NCBI GenBank assembly: GCA_963808235.1
Contig: CAWEEQ010000004.1
Location: 1,088,001-1,152,000 of the forward strand
Length of the DNA stretch: 64,000 nucleotides
Reading direction: 5' to 3'
Source: an uncultured delta proteobacterium
Lineage (GTDB): Bacteria; Desulfobacterota; Binatia; Binatales; Binataceae
How positions within the stretch are numbered: the first letter of the stretch is position 1; the number at the start of each line of letters is the position of its first letter. Under the pieces are notes generated by a model. That model did not search any database, had not been told where the DNA came from, and worked only from the letters and a program-made list of their open reading frames with translations. The translations under genes and the position numbers were made by a program. Shown piece by piece: positions 39,089 through 48,970 of the stretch.

Positions 39089-39988
39089 TAATCCCGGCGT
39101 GGAACGGCGCGCGGACTCTTCCGCGCGCACTCGCGAGCGTCTTCGCCCAGTCATACACCGACTATGAAGTCGTGGTCGTCGATGACGGCTCGACCGACGA
39201 TACCCGAACCGTGCTCGCCGGCTACGGAGATCGAATCCGCATCGTCAGCCAGCCCAACCGCGGCGTCTCCAGCAGCGCGCAATGCCGGCGTCGGCGCGTC
39301 CAGCGGCGAGTACCTGGCCTTTCTCGACGACGACGACGAATGGATGCCCGAGCATCTTGCGCGATGCGTCCCGGTTCTCGATCAAGATTCGAATTGTGTG
39401 CTGGTCTACACCGCGGCGTTCAAAATCGATCTGGCCGGCCGCGCGATGCCCAATCAGGAGAGCCAGACCTGGGGCCTCGATTCGCCAACTCCCGCGCAGA
39501 TGTTCGAGCGTCCATGGAACGTTCCGCCGAGTCAGTTCATGGTGCGCCGCGCGACCTTCGCACGATGCGCCGGCTTTGACGAGCGCCTGAGCAACGGCCA
39601 GACCGAAGACATCTTCTTTCTGCTACGTGCGCGTGAGTACGGATATTTCCGATCCGTGCCCGAGGTTCTGGTGCGCAAGACCACGCGCCCGCATTATCCC
39701 AAGGCGCTCGAGCGCGAGCAGGGATGCGAGCTGTTCGTGCAAGCGGTCCGCGAGCGCTACGGCGCCGCGGCGATCGATCTGATCAGGGAATTCCGCCGCA
39801 ACCGTTTGAAGCTCATGATCCATATGGCCCACGTCCTGACTCAGGAGGGACGCCCCAAGGATGCGCGCCGATGTCTTGCCCGCGTCATTCACTATCAGCC
39901 CACCTCGCCGAAAGCCTATCGTCGATATCTGAAAACCTTCCTGCCGGCTCGAGCGCCGCGCCAAACTTCGCGCACAGACGAAGCTTGA
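39070..39988 (+). CDS. glycosyltransferase family 2, frameshifted near 39271
   Basis: VVIPAWN, VDDGSTD, ARNAG, FLDDDD. Confidence 0.88.
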
Positions 39989-39998
39989 GCTTAACTTC

Positions 39999-40952
39999 AT
40001 GACTTCAGCGGCAGGACCAGGTTCGCAACCCGGCGATCGCTCGCCGCTCGTGTCCGTCATCATTCCGGTTTACAACGGCGCTGCCACGATCGGCCGCGCG
40101 CTTCAGAGCGTCTTCGCGCAAACCTTTACTGATTTCGAAATTATTTGCGTTGATGACGGCTCGACCGACAACACGGCGTCAGTCCTGGCCACCTTCGGAT
40201 ATAGAATCCGAATCGTCAGCCAGGCCAACCGCGGATTTCCCGGCGCCCGCAATGCCGGCGTCGCGGCGTCCCGCGGCGAGATGCTCGCGCTGATCGATCA
40301 CGACGACCAATGGGCGCCGGATAAGCTCGAGCTCTCCGTCGCGGCGCTCCAGGGTAATCCGGGCGCATCGCTCGTTTACTCGGATCTGGTAGTGGTCAAC
40401 GAAGCGGGTGAGGAGTCGCGGCCGTCACCGATTGAGTCCGACACCGCGCATGCGCCCTCGATGGACGAGATGCTCTCGCGGATCTGGCCGATCATGCCGA
40501 GCACTGTCGTGATGCGTCGTCCCGCCTTCGATCGCGCCGGTGGATTTGGCGAGGACCTGAAAGAAGACCTCGACTTCTGGCTGCGGATGCGAGAGCAGGG
40601 CGACTTCATCTACATCCCCGACAAGCTGATTCGGTTTACCTTCGGCCAGCTCTATCCAAAGGTTTTGAAGCGCGACATCGGTCCCCGGCAGATGATCGAT
40701 CTGGTCCGCGCCCGCTATGGCTCCCGCGCCGCCGGATGGGTACAAGATTTCATCCAGCACAAAGTCAGGATGATCGCCTACGCCGGCGTCGTCGAGATGA
40801 GCCGCGGCAACATGGTCGGCGCGCGCCGATGCTTCATGCAGGTGCTGCGCTACGATCGCCTTCACCTAAAGACTTACCTGCGCCTGGCTCGAACACTTCT
40901 CCCCGAGCGCGCCCGCCGCGCCCTAAGCGGCCGCGCCGCCCGCGGCGCATGA
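39999..40952 (+). CDS. glycosyltransferase family 2
   Basis: VSVIIPVYN, VDDGSTD, ARNAG, IDHDD, EDLDFWLR. Confidence 0.92.
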   Translation: MTSAAGPGSQPGDRSPLVSVIIPVYNGAATIGRALQSVFAQTFTDFEIICVDDGSTDNTASVLATFGYRIRIVSQANRGFPGARNAGVAASRGEMLALIDHDDQWAPDKLELSVAALQGNPGASLVYSDLVVVNEAGEESRPSPIESDTAHAPSMDEMLSRIWPIMPSTVVMRRPAFDRAGGFGEDLKEDLDFWLRMREQGDFIYIPDKLIRFTFGQLYPKVLKRDIGPRQMIDLVRARYGSRAAGWVQDFIQHKVRMIAYAGVVEMSRGNMVGARRCFMQVLRYDRLHLKTYLRLARTLLPERARRALSGRAARGA

Positions 40953-41000
40953 TCGGAACTAACAGTGGCAGAATCAGCAGTAGCACCTGCAGAAAAAATA

Positions 41001-41221
41001 GTGGCACGGGCGTCCCTGCCCGTGATGTCGATAGCGTCTTCGCAACCTTTACCCTCTACAAGATCATGTCGGCGCGCCCCGTGATAACCACGCGATTGTT
41101 CCCCTTCCCACATGGGAAGGGGTTAGGGGTTAGATTATCAAGGCTCAAGCAGCCCGTTCGCACTTCTCAAGCCCCCTCTTCCTTTTCCTATTCCCGTGGC
41201 ACGGGCGTCCCTGCCCGTGAT
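41001..41221. repeat. intergenic REP cluster (two family A copies flanking a family D hairpin)
   Basis: 41001-41026 and 41196-41221 are identical; 41090-41133 matches 13648-13692. Confidence 0.85.
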
Positions 41222-41241
41222 TGAACTGAACCACTGAAAAA

Positions 41242-42465
41242 ATGCCCCGCGTCTCAGTAATCATCCCGGTCCACAACGGCGCCCGCACCGTCGCCGCCGC
41301 GCTCGACAGCGTACTCGCGCAGACCTTCACCGACTACGAGATCATCGCGATTGACAACAACTCAACCGACGCGAGCCGCGAGGTGCTCGCGCGCTACGCC
41401 GACAAGGTGAAAATCCTCGAGGAACCAAAACGCGGCCCCTCCGCGACTCGCAACACCGGCGTGCGCGCGTCGTCGGGCGAGTACCTCGCCTTCCTCGACG
41501 CCGACGATTGGTGGCGGCCCACGATACTCGAGCGCACGGTCGAAGTCCTCGACCGCGACCCCGAATGCGCGCTTGTGTACACCGATCTCGCGCTCGCCGA
41601 CAGCACCGGCCGCGAGCAGATGGCTTCGCTCGCCGGCAACAGCCATCCCCCGACCGTCGATGACATGCTCAAACAGTTATGGCCGATTCTACCCAGCGGA
41701 GTCCTGATGCGCCGGCGCGCGTTCGATCTCGCCGGCGGTTTTCCCGAGGATCTGATCGCATTCGAGGACGTCTACCTCTGGCTCCGCGCCCGCGAGCACG
41801 GAACCTTTCAGTATCTGCCCGAGCCGCTTGCAGTATGGCGCTTCGCACTATTTCCGGATCCCCTGAAACCCGCAGGAGGCCAGGACGAAGCAGGCATAAT
41901 CTTCGAGCAGATGGTCCGCGAGCGCTACCACACCGAAGCGCATCACCACGTGCTCGCTCGTCGACGCGCTCCCCGCAGCATCCTCGGCTACATCGGCCTC
42001 CGCGCCCTAAGAGAGGGCGATCGATCGTTAGCGCGTAGCAGTTTCGCCCGCGCAATCCGCATCGACCCACTAAGAATCAAAAACTATTTGCGATTCTCAA
42101 GAACTCTGCTGCCAGAGGCGATCGCGCGAGCCCTCAGCGGCCGCTCGCGCAGCGAGTCCGCCGCCGACGAGCGGCCATCGCGTCACCTTTGGCTATGGGG
42201 GCTATTGACACTGTTTATCTTCATTCTCGGTCAGCACTACTTAAGACCAACGGACTTTGGAGTCTTCAAGGACCTGTTTGCAATGGGGTTCGGACTGCTC
42301 TGCGCGATTCGCAACGAGGACGCGGCAAGGCAAGCCGCTCAACCAAATAAGTGGCTCGGGCGCAAAGATACTTCCGATAAGATTCCCCTGTACAGGTGGG
42401 CATACGCCGTTGGCGGCGTGTTTTTTGTGATTTTTGGAGTAGTCGATCTTTTCTTCAGGCTCTGA
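41242..42465 (+). CDS. glycosyltransferase family 2 with a C-terminal membrane extension
   Basis: VSVIIPVHN, IDNNSTD, FLDADD; about 100 extra hydrophobic residues after the paralog end point. Confidence 0.88.
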   Translation: MPRVSVIIPVHNGARTVAAALDSVLAQTFTDYEIIAIDNNSTDASREVLARYADKVKILEEPKRGPSATRNTGVRASSGEYLAFLDADDWWRPTILERTVEVLDRDPECALVYTDLALADSTGREQMASLAGNSHPPTVDDMLKQLWPILPSGVLMRRRAFDLAGGFPEDLIAFEDVYLWLRAREHGTFQYLPEPLAVWRFALFPDPLKPAGGQDEAGIIFEQMVRERYHTEAHHHVLARRRAPRSILGYIGLRALREGDRSLARSSFARAIRIDPLRIKNYLRFSRTLLPEAIARALSGRSRSESAADERPSRHLWLWGLLTLFIFILGQHYLRPTDFGVFKDLFAMGFGLLCAIRNEDAARQAAQPNKWLGRKDTSDKIPLYRWAYAVGGVFFVIFGVVDLFFRL

Positions 42466-42520
42466 TCGAGAAAGTAATCGCGCACTGAGCGGCCGCACCC
42501 GCTAGCCGGAGTTTCACTTT

Positions 42521-42982
42521 TCACATCTTGCCGCCGGCATGCACGGCCGGAATCTCCTCTCGAACCGTCAAGACTGGGCACGTTGCTTTGCGCACCACCG
42601 CTTCGGTAACGCTGCCTAGAAACATGCGCGCAAGGCCTCTCCGACCATGCGTCGCCATCACGAGCAAGTCGGGCTGAAGCTTGGCCTGCGCCGCGAGGAT
42701 CGAGGCGATCACGTCGCCAGTGTAGACATGCGCTTCATGCTTCAACCCGCCGAGTTTCTGCTTCGCGATGTCGGCCAGCTTTGCTTGTGCGTCTTTTTCC
42801 TGATCCTCGTAAAGCGCCATCGGCGGGGGGACTTCGCCGAGCGCAACGATCAACGGCAGCACGTGCACCAGTACGATGCTGCTTTTGAGGTGTCGCGCGA
42901 TCTCGACTGCCTTGTCGAGGGCAGCGAGCGAGTTCTCGTCGAAGTCGACCGGACAGAGAATCGTTTTGTACGGGAATGCCAC
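42521..42982 (-). CDS. universal stress protein (UspA family)
   Basis: TILCPVDF, LLVMATHGRRG...LGSVTEAVVRKATCPVLTV. Confidence 0.93.
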   Translation of the reverse strand: MAFPYKTILCPVDFDENSLAALDKAVEIARHLKSSIVLVHVLPLIVALGEVPPPMALYEDQEKDAQAKLADIAKQKLGGLKHEAHVYTGDVIASILAAQAKLQPDLLVMATHGRRGLARMFLGSVTEAVVRKATCPVLTVREEIPAVHAGGKM

Positions 42983-43073
42983 AGTTTAAAGTACCTCCAT
43001 CCAAGCGGTAACAATATTTTGCAATCGGCGCCCTCAATTGACAATAAAGCCGGGAATACTGACACTTGCCGTC

Positions 43074-43658
43074 ATGCGATTGGCTGCCATCTGCTTCTTG
43101 ATGTCCGCGTTGATCCCCTCAGTGAGCCTGGCGCAGGATGTTCCTGTTTTTGTGATCACCCCGGTAGAAAGCTCGATTAAGTTCGACGTCCAGGCCTCGG
43201 TGGCTATCGACGGCAAGTTCGACAAATGGAACGCCACCCTGAAATTCGCGTCTCCAGACGTGACCACAGGAGTTCTGAACGTCGAGATTCAGGCTGCCAC
43301 CGTGGATACCGGAAGCGGATTGAAGAACGGCAAGCTGAAGGGTCCGGACTTCTTCGATGTCGTCCAGAATCCATTGATCACTTTCAAATCAACGAAACTC
43401 GTACCGACTGGTCCCAACCTCTTCCAAGTGTATGGCAACTTCACGATCCGCGGAGTTACAAGATCCGAGCAGCTTGCACTTACCGTGTCCGGCAAGGGGA
43501 CCGGCTCAGGCACGATTAGCGGGACACTGTACTTCGACCGTAAGGACTACGGGATGAACAGCGGCATCCCTTTCATCAAAATCGCTAACCGCGTCGAGGT
43601 GACCGTCGCCCTCAAGGGAACGCGAGTAAGCGGTCCTCCGTTGGTCTTCAAGCAGTAG
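43074..43658 (+). CDS. YceI family periplasmic lipid/isoprenoid-binding protein
   Basis: Signal peptide; S.IKF, LKGPDFFDV..P.ITFKST, G.FTIRGVT, DRKDYGM. Confidence 0.88.
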   Translation: MRLAAICFLMSALIPSVSLAQDVPVFVITPVESSIKFDVQASVAIDGKFDKWNATLKFASPDVTTGVLNVEIQAATVDTGSGLKNGKLKGPDFFDVVQNPLITFKSTKLVPTGPNLFQVYGNFTIRGVTRSEQLALTVSGKGTGSGTISGTLYFDRKDYGMNSGIPFIKIANRVEVTVALKGTRVSGPPLVFKQ

Positions 43659-44128
43659 CCGGCCGGTTAGAAGTGCGTTCGCCGAACGCCCCGTCCTATC
43701 ATCCTTGTATGTCGTTGATGAAGCGGAAATGAATGGAGCGGAAGGAAGGCCCTCGGACTTCGCGCCCATCTGTCATCCTGACCTACGCTCGCGGACGCGA
43801 GCGGAGCGGACATGGCTCCTGGCCTCCGGACAGCTTCGCGCCAGCGAAGCCGGTTCCGGTTTCGAGTCGCCGCATCCCAATGCTGAAAAAACCTCGCCCC
43901 AGTTCGGATGTCGCGTTCCGCGCCACCCGTTACTTGCCTCTCCCGCTTTGTTGCGGAAGAGGCCGCGCCACACGCGCGGGTGAGGGTGACCTTTTACGGG
44001 CGAGGCGGCCGGCCGCTCAGCGGCCGGTAGGTGATGGTGCCGCCGACCCAAGCAATCCGCCTGACAGCGCACACCACCACCGGCGCTCTCTCTCCTTCCT
44101 GAAATAGCCTCAGCGGTCTGAGGCCTTA

Positions 44129-45319
44129 TCAGACCTGAGTTTTCACCCACGACGACTCTGCCCGCGGGAGCGAGCGTACCGATCGCCATTCCATTTCCTT
44201 GGCCTCCGCTTCGACTTTGCCTTCGGCGATCCCCTTCTGATGAATTGCTTCAAGCCCGGCAACTTCCCGATCCACCGTCAGGACATACGGAGCCACCTGC
44301 TCGAATGCCTCTGGCGCGACGAAGATCGGCGCGCCTGCGCGCAATGCAAGCGAGATGGCGTCGCTCGGGCGCGCGTCAACCTCGGAGGTCCCGCCCCTGG
44401 CATCGATCCACATGGTTGCGATGAAGGTTTTCCCGCGGAGCCCGACCACCGCCACCTTCTCGATCTTCATCTCGCCGACCTCGAGCAATCGCGCGGTCAA
44501 ATCGAACGTCGTCGGCCTCACCACCGCGATGTTGGCAAGCAGCATCGCGATGATGTCCCCCTCGCCGGCTCCGACCCAGATGGGCAGGACCCGATTGCCC
44601 GAGCGCTCCTTCAGCAGGATGACTCTGGTGAAGCCGAGTTTGTAGTCTTTGCCATCAGCCAGCCATTTCGCTTCCTCGTTCTTGGGCGAGCGTGCCACGA
44701 CGTCGTCTACAGTTACTTCGATCATGGAATCTCCTCCTCTTCGTTCGCGATTCGGCGCGAGCCCGATTTCAGATTCGAGCACGATCCGTAGTCGCTCTCG
44801 CGCGCGATGAATACGAGCCTTGACCGTGCCGAGCGGCACTTCGATCAACACCGCGATCTCGCCCAGCTTGAGCCCTTCCACGTAGTGGAGACGGACGGCC
44901 TCCTGCATTTCCTTCGGTAGCGTGCCGACCGCGTCGGAGATCATACGGTGCAGCTCGCGGGCTTCCTGAACAAACTCCGCTGACGGCGCGGCGTCTTCGA
45001 GGCGGAAGCCGGCAATCGCGCGCCCACCATAGCGGTCGTCGAAGTATCCTTCGCGTCGGAGTCTGAGCCGCGTCCGGCATAGATTGATCACGATGCCAAG
45101 CAGCCATGGTTTGAAACGCTCCGGCGCGCGCAAGTCTTTGAGCGCGAGAAACGCACCGATGAGGGCGTCCTGTACAACATCCTCTGCATCTGCACGCATC
45201 ACCAGCCGCCGAGCAAAGGCGACCGCGCCCGCTCGATGGCGATCGATCAGGACTCCGAAGGCGGACTTATCGCCGGTCAGAACCCGCGCGATCAACTTGG
45301 CATCGTCATCAGCGACCAT
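44129..45319 (-). CDS. ECF sigma factor fused to a bifunctional nuclease (DUF151) domain
   Basis: sigma2 (DAEDVVQD, F.PWL..I..N), sigma4 (EIA.....GTVKARIHRAR), then LPIWVG..E, RPTT.DL, DARPSDAISLA. Confidence 0.88.
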   Translation of the reverse strand: MVADDDAKLIARVLTGDKSAFGVLIDRHRAGAVAFARRLVMRADAEDVVQDALIGAFLALKDLRAPERFKPWLLGIVINLCRTRLRLRREGYFDDRYGGRAIAGFRLEDAAPSAEFVQEARELHRMISDAVGTLPKEMQEAVRLHYVEGLKLGEIAVLIEVPLGTVKARIHRARERLRIVLESEIGLAPNRERRGGDSMIEVTVDDVVARSPKNEEAKWLADGKDYKLGFTRVILLKERSGNRVLPIWVGAGEGDIIAMLLANIAVVRPTTFDLTARLLEVGEMKIEKVAVVGLRGKTFIATMWIDARGGTSEVDARPSDAISLALRAGAPIFVAPEAFEQVAPYVLTVDREVAGLEAIHQKGIAEGKVEAEAKEMEWRSVRSLPRAESSWVKTQV

Positions 45320-45628
45320 ACTTCAATTAATAGTCGTTTCCCGGCGGAAAAAGGTTGCAGTCGGAGGGGCCGTGCTTTTCCGAGACGACCGCTTGCGGCC
45401 GCGGCGGAGCGAACGCTCATCGACCTTGAGTTAGCAGAACCGCCGCGCGACCGACAAATGGCGGACACAGAATGGCGTAGCCTCGTCCGCTGATGTGTCT
45501 TCTTGTGTCGGAGGCGAACCGTAACCAAAATGGTCTCCCGCCGTTCTGTGATCAGCGTTGTTGAGATACGAGGCTTTGGCCGCGATGCCACAGTATTTGC
45601 GCTAGTAGCCGCGTTTGGAGGTCTTTCG

Positions 45629-46393
45629 ATGTCGAACCTACCGCTTACGCAGAATCAAATCGAAAAGAAGCTCACCGACGAGAACCTCGATGAGTTGTTG
45701 CACTTGTGGTGGGCTGAGCAGGGCGATGCCAAGCGCCGCGACTTGGAGTTGATCGCCTCAGCCATTCCCTTCTCTTCGAACGAAGGGTTGATTGTTCTCG
45801 ACTTGGGTTGCGGTCCCGGTGACGTCGGACGAGCTATTTGGTCGCGCTTCCCGCACTCACGCGTCGATTGCCTCGATCGCGACCTGTTTCTCATCTCGAT
45901 GTGTATCGGGCTGAACCGGCGCGAAGGCGTTCCGGGAAAGACCTTCGTACGCGACTTATCGAACAGCGACTGGTGCACTGGTCTGTCGCGGGATTACGAC
46001 GTAGTGGCAACCGCGAACGCGCTTCATTGGCTCGATGCTCGACGGGCAGGGGAGCTGTTCACGGAAGTCTTTCGAGCACTCCGTTCCGGCGGGGTATTTC
46101 TGTTCGTGGAGCCCGCCTGCGCGGAGAAGATATTCGCCCCGGGGTTTATCGAATGGAAGGCTAAGCAACCGGCCCGTTACGTTGCGGAGAATTGGGAACG
46201 ATTCTGGTCGCGGGCCAATGCCATCCTCGGCTACGATCATACGAAGCTGCTCGGCTCTCGCGATACGCCCCGGATCGGCGATGAGATGCCTGTCTCGGGC
46301 TGGATTCAACTTCTAAAGAACGCGGGTTTCGAATCGATCGACGTGCTTCTTCGCGATTCCGACGAGGTGATTCTGGCGGCCACAAAACGCTAG
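45629..46393 (+). CDS. class I SAM-dependent methyltransferase
   Basis: GGAGG RBS; VLDLGCGPG; ALHWL; LRSGGVF. Confidence 0.88.
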   Translation: MSNLPLTQNQIEKKLTDENLDELLHLWWAEQGDAKRRDLELIASAIPFSSNEGLIVLDLGCGPGDVGRAIWSRFPHSRVDCLDRDLFLISMCIGLNRREGVPGKTFVRDLSNSDWCTGLSRDYDVVATANALHWLDARRAGELFTEVFRALRSGGVFLFVEPACAEKIFAPGFIEWKAKQPARYVAENWERFWSRANAILGYDHTKLLGSRDTPRIGDEMPVSGWIQLLKNAGFESIDVLLRDSDEVILAATKR

Positions 46394-46587
46394 CCCTCGC
46401 CCACGAGGGCTAATCTTTCGACACGCCGAAAGCAAAAGACCGTCCGCGGGATTTTGCGATTGAATGGACACTGGGTGCAGGGGTCACCCCTGCCGCCCCG
46501 CGCGCAGCGGTCCTGAATCTCGACTTCTCTTCCGCTGAGCCGGCCCCGAACCGAAACCCAGCGTGGGTTTCGGCTATCCTGCGGCTT

Positions 46588-47781
46588 CTATGCCTTCTGC
46601 ACGGCCGGCTTGCGGAACGTCCGGTAGCTCCGGCCTTCGGCCAGTCCGAACCGATTCAGCATCCGATAAACCGTGTAACGCGACACGCCCAGGAGCTCTG
46701 CCGCTCGATGGCAATTGCCCTGCGTCGCCTGCAGCGCCCGTATCAGCGCCAGCTTCGATGCCTCCCGGATTACCGCGTCGAGCGAGTAGGGCCAATCCTT
46801 ATCCGCGCGCGCCTCGGTATCTTCAGCCACGATCGGAGCGCCATCGGGGAGCACCGCATCGGCCGACTCCGTCAGCGTCGTTGGCGAGCTGCCGTCAGTA
46901 AGATGCATCGGCAGATCGTCGAGCGTGATTCGGTCCCCTTCGGTCATCAGGACCGCGCTCTCGAGCGCATGTCCAAGCTCGCGCACGTTGCCGGGCCATG
47001 GATGCGCGCATAGAGCGTCGAGCGCCGGGCGCGCAACCAGCTTAACGTCTTTCCCGAACAGCCGGTTGTAGTGCTCGATAAAATGCGCGACGAAAGCCGG
47101 AATAGCCTCACGACGTTCGCGAAGCGGCGGAACCAGGATTGCCGCCGCGTGCAGGCGATAGAAGAGGTCGTCGCGGAACTGGCCCGCCTTGACCATCGCG
47201 CGAAGATCGCGATTGGTCGCCGCGACCAGCCGGATATCGACCTTGTAGCTGTGCGACGAGCCGACCGGCTGAATCTCGTGCGTCTCAACCGCTCGCAACA
47301 GCTTGGGCTGAAGGCGCAGTGGCAGCTCGCCGATTTCGTCGAGAAACAGCGTGCCGCCGTTGGCCGAGCGGAAGTATCCGAGCGAATCTTCGCGCGCGTC
47401 GGTAAACGCTCCGCGCACGTGCCCGAACAGTTGCGATTCGGCCAGCGACTCGACCAGGTTGGAACAGTTGAAGGTTACGAACGGCCCCCCCGGTGCCGGG
47501 CCGAGCGTATGCAACGCGCGGGCAACCAGCTCTTTGCCGGTGCCCGACTCCCCGTTGATGAGGACGCTTGCTTTGTAGGGACTTAAGCGTGAAATGGTTT
47601 TCAGGACCTTGCGCACTTGCGCCGATCTCACCACCATCCCCCCAACCCGCTCCGATCCGAGCGCAAGATGCTCCAGGCTGAGCCATTCGCACGCGGCTGC
47701 CACCGGCTCTCCGCGATGACTCTGCATCGCGGCGGCCGGCGTTCCATTCGCCGTGTACTCTTGAGGACGCATCTTTGACAA
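46588..47781 (-). CDS. sigma-54-interacting (NtrC/Fis-type) transcriptional activator without a receiver domain
   Basis: GESGTGKE, GAFTDA, LFLDEIGE, WPGNVREL, C-terminal HTH. Confidence 0.92.
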   Translation of the reverse strand: MSKMRPQEYTANGTPAAAMQSHRGEPVAAACEWLSLEHLALGSERVGGMVVRSAQVRKVLKTISRLSPYKASVLINGESGTGKELVARALHTLGPAPGGPFVTFNCSNLVESLAESQLFGHVRGAFTDAREDSLGYFRSANGGTLFLDEIGELPLRLQPKLLRAVETHEIQPVGSSHSYKVDIRLVAATNRDLRAMVKAGQFRDDLFYRLHAAAILVPPLRERREAIPAFVAHFIEHYNRLFGKDVKLVARPALDALCAHPWPGNVRELGHALESAVLMTEGDRITLDDLPMHLTDGSSPTTLTESADAVLPDGAPIVAEDTEARADKDWPYSLDAVIREASKLALIRALQATQGNCHRAAELLGVSRYTVYRMLNRFGLAEGRSYRTFRKPAVQKA

Positions 47782-48414
47782 CTCCCCCTGTCCTATCCTT
47801 GACCTACAGTCGGTAACTTATGTCTACCTACAGATTGTAGGGTCTGGGATATATTCGAGTAGTGGTCGATATGTCAAGCAGCACGAGGCAGATTTTAGCC
47901 TCTCCGTTATCCAAATGCGAGCGACGTTGCGTTCTATCATCTCCTGTTCGGCGCGTCTCCGGAGTGACAGCGGCATCTGCGGCCGCCCAATTGTGCTCGC
48001 GTTGCACAGTTCGCCAGCCGGATCGAACGGCGCTGCAGGCAGATCCGGGAATCGCATAAGTGCTTGAATAATCGAATGTTTTGCGCGACGAGCCGGATCG
48101 AGGTGCAGCGGCCGATACAAAAAGTAGGAATTTTTTGTTATTCCGGAGATAGGATTCGGGCCGGTCGGGCTGTGCGATACGATCAGATGATCAGACATAT
48201 TAGTCGGCAAAGCACATTGAGCGTCAGGGGCCACAAAAGAATTAACCATCATCTGATAGCATCTTTAAAGGCCTTATTGAAAGCGCTCAAGACATTTTCT
48301 ACCGGGATTCAGCAATTTTTCAGCAAACTCGTGCCGAGACTTGCCGAGATTTATGATAAGTCAGGCGCCTGATTCGGATAAGCGTGGAAGGTCCAATCGA
48401 CGGAGGAACATTGG

Positions 48415-48795
48415 ATGAGAATCGTCACGATCGTCGCTCGTATTCTTTTGGGTTTGGTTTTCCTGATCTTCGGACTGAATGGATTTTTTCATTTCATGCC
48501 GAATCCGCCGCCGACGCCCGCAGCCGGCGCGTTTTTCGGCGCGCTCTTCGCGACCGGATACATGTTCGGGCTGATCTTCGGCGCCCAGGTAATCGGAGGG
48601 GCGTTGTTGCTGCTCGGCCTGATGGTTCCGTTCGCGCTGATGATACTCGCGCCGGTAATCGTGAACATCATCGCCTTTCACATTTTTCTGTCGCCGGTTC
48701 CAATGCAACTGGTGATCGCCTTCATCGTCACCGCGCTCTGGCTGATCCTGGCCTGGAACTATCGCGCCGCATTCGCGCCGCTGTTCAAAACATGA
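48415..48795 (+). CDS. DoxX family membrane protein
   Basis: ARILLGLVFLIFGLNGF; LAPVIVNI..FH. Confidence 0.8.
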   Translation: MRIVTIVARILLGLVFLIFGLNGFFHFMPNPPPTPAAGAFFGALFATGYMFGLIFGAQVIGGALLLLGLMVPFALMILAPVIVNIIAFHIFLSPVPMQLVIAFIVTALWLILAWNYRAAFAPLFKT

Positions 48796-48845
48796 CGACT
48801 ATTTCCAATGCTTTGAATTCTCTGTAAGCATTGAAATCCTCGGGA

Positions 48846-48918
48846 GAGCCGTTAGCTCAGGTGGTAGAGCATGTGACTTTTAATCACAGGGTCCCGGGTT
48901 CAAGTCCCGGACGGCTCA
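48846..48918 (+). tRNA. tRNA-Lys (TTT)
   Basis: Acceptor stem GAGCCGT/ACGGCTC; D-arm TAGCTCAGGTGGTAGAGC; anticodon arm TGTGA-CT TTT AA-TCACA; GGTTCAAGTCC. Confidence 0.96.
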
Positions 48919-48970
48919 CGAATTTCACACCACGGGGAGAACGACCAGGCGCACTTGAGACTCCGGCCGC

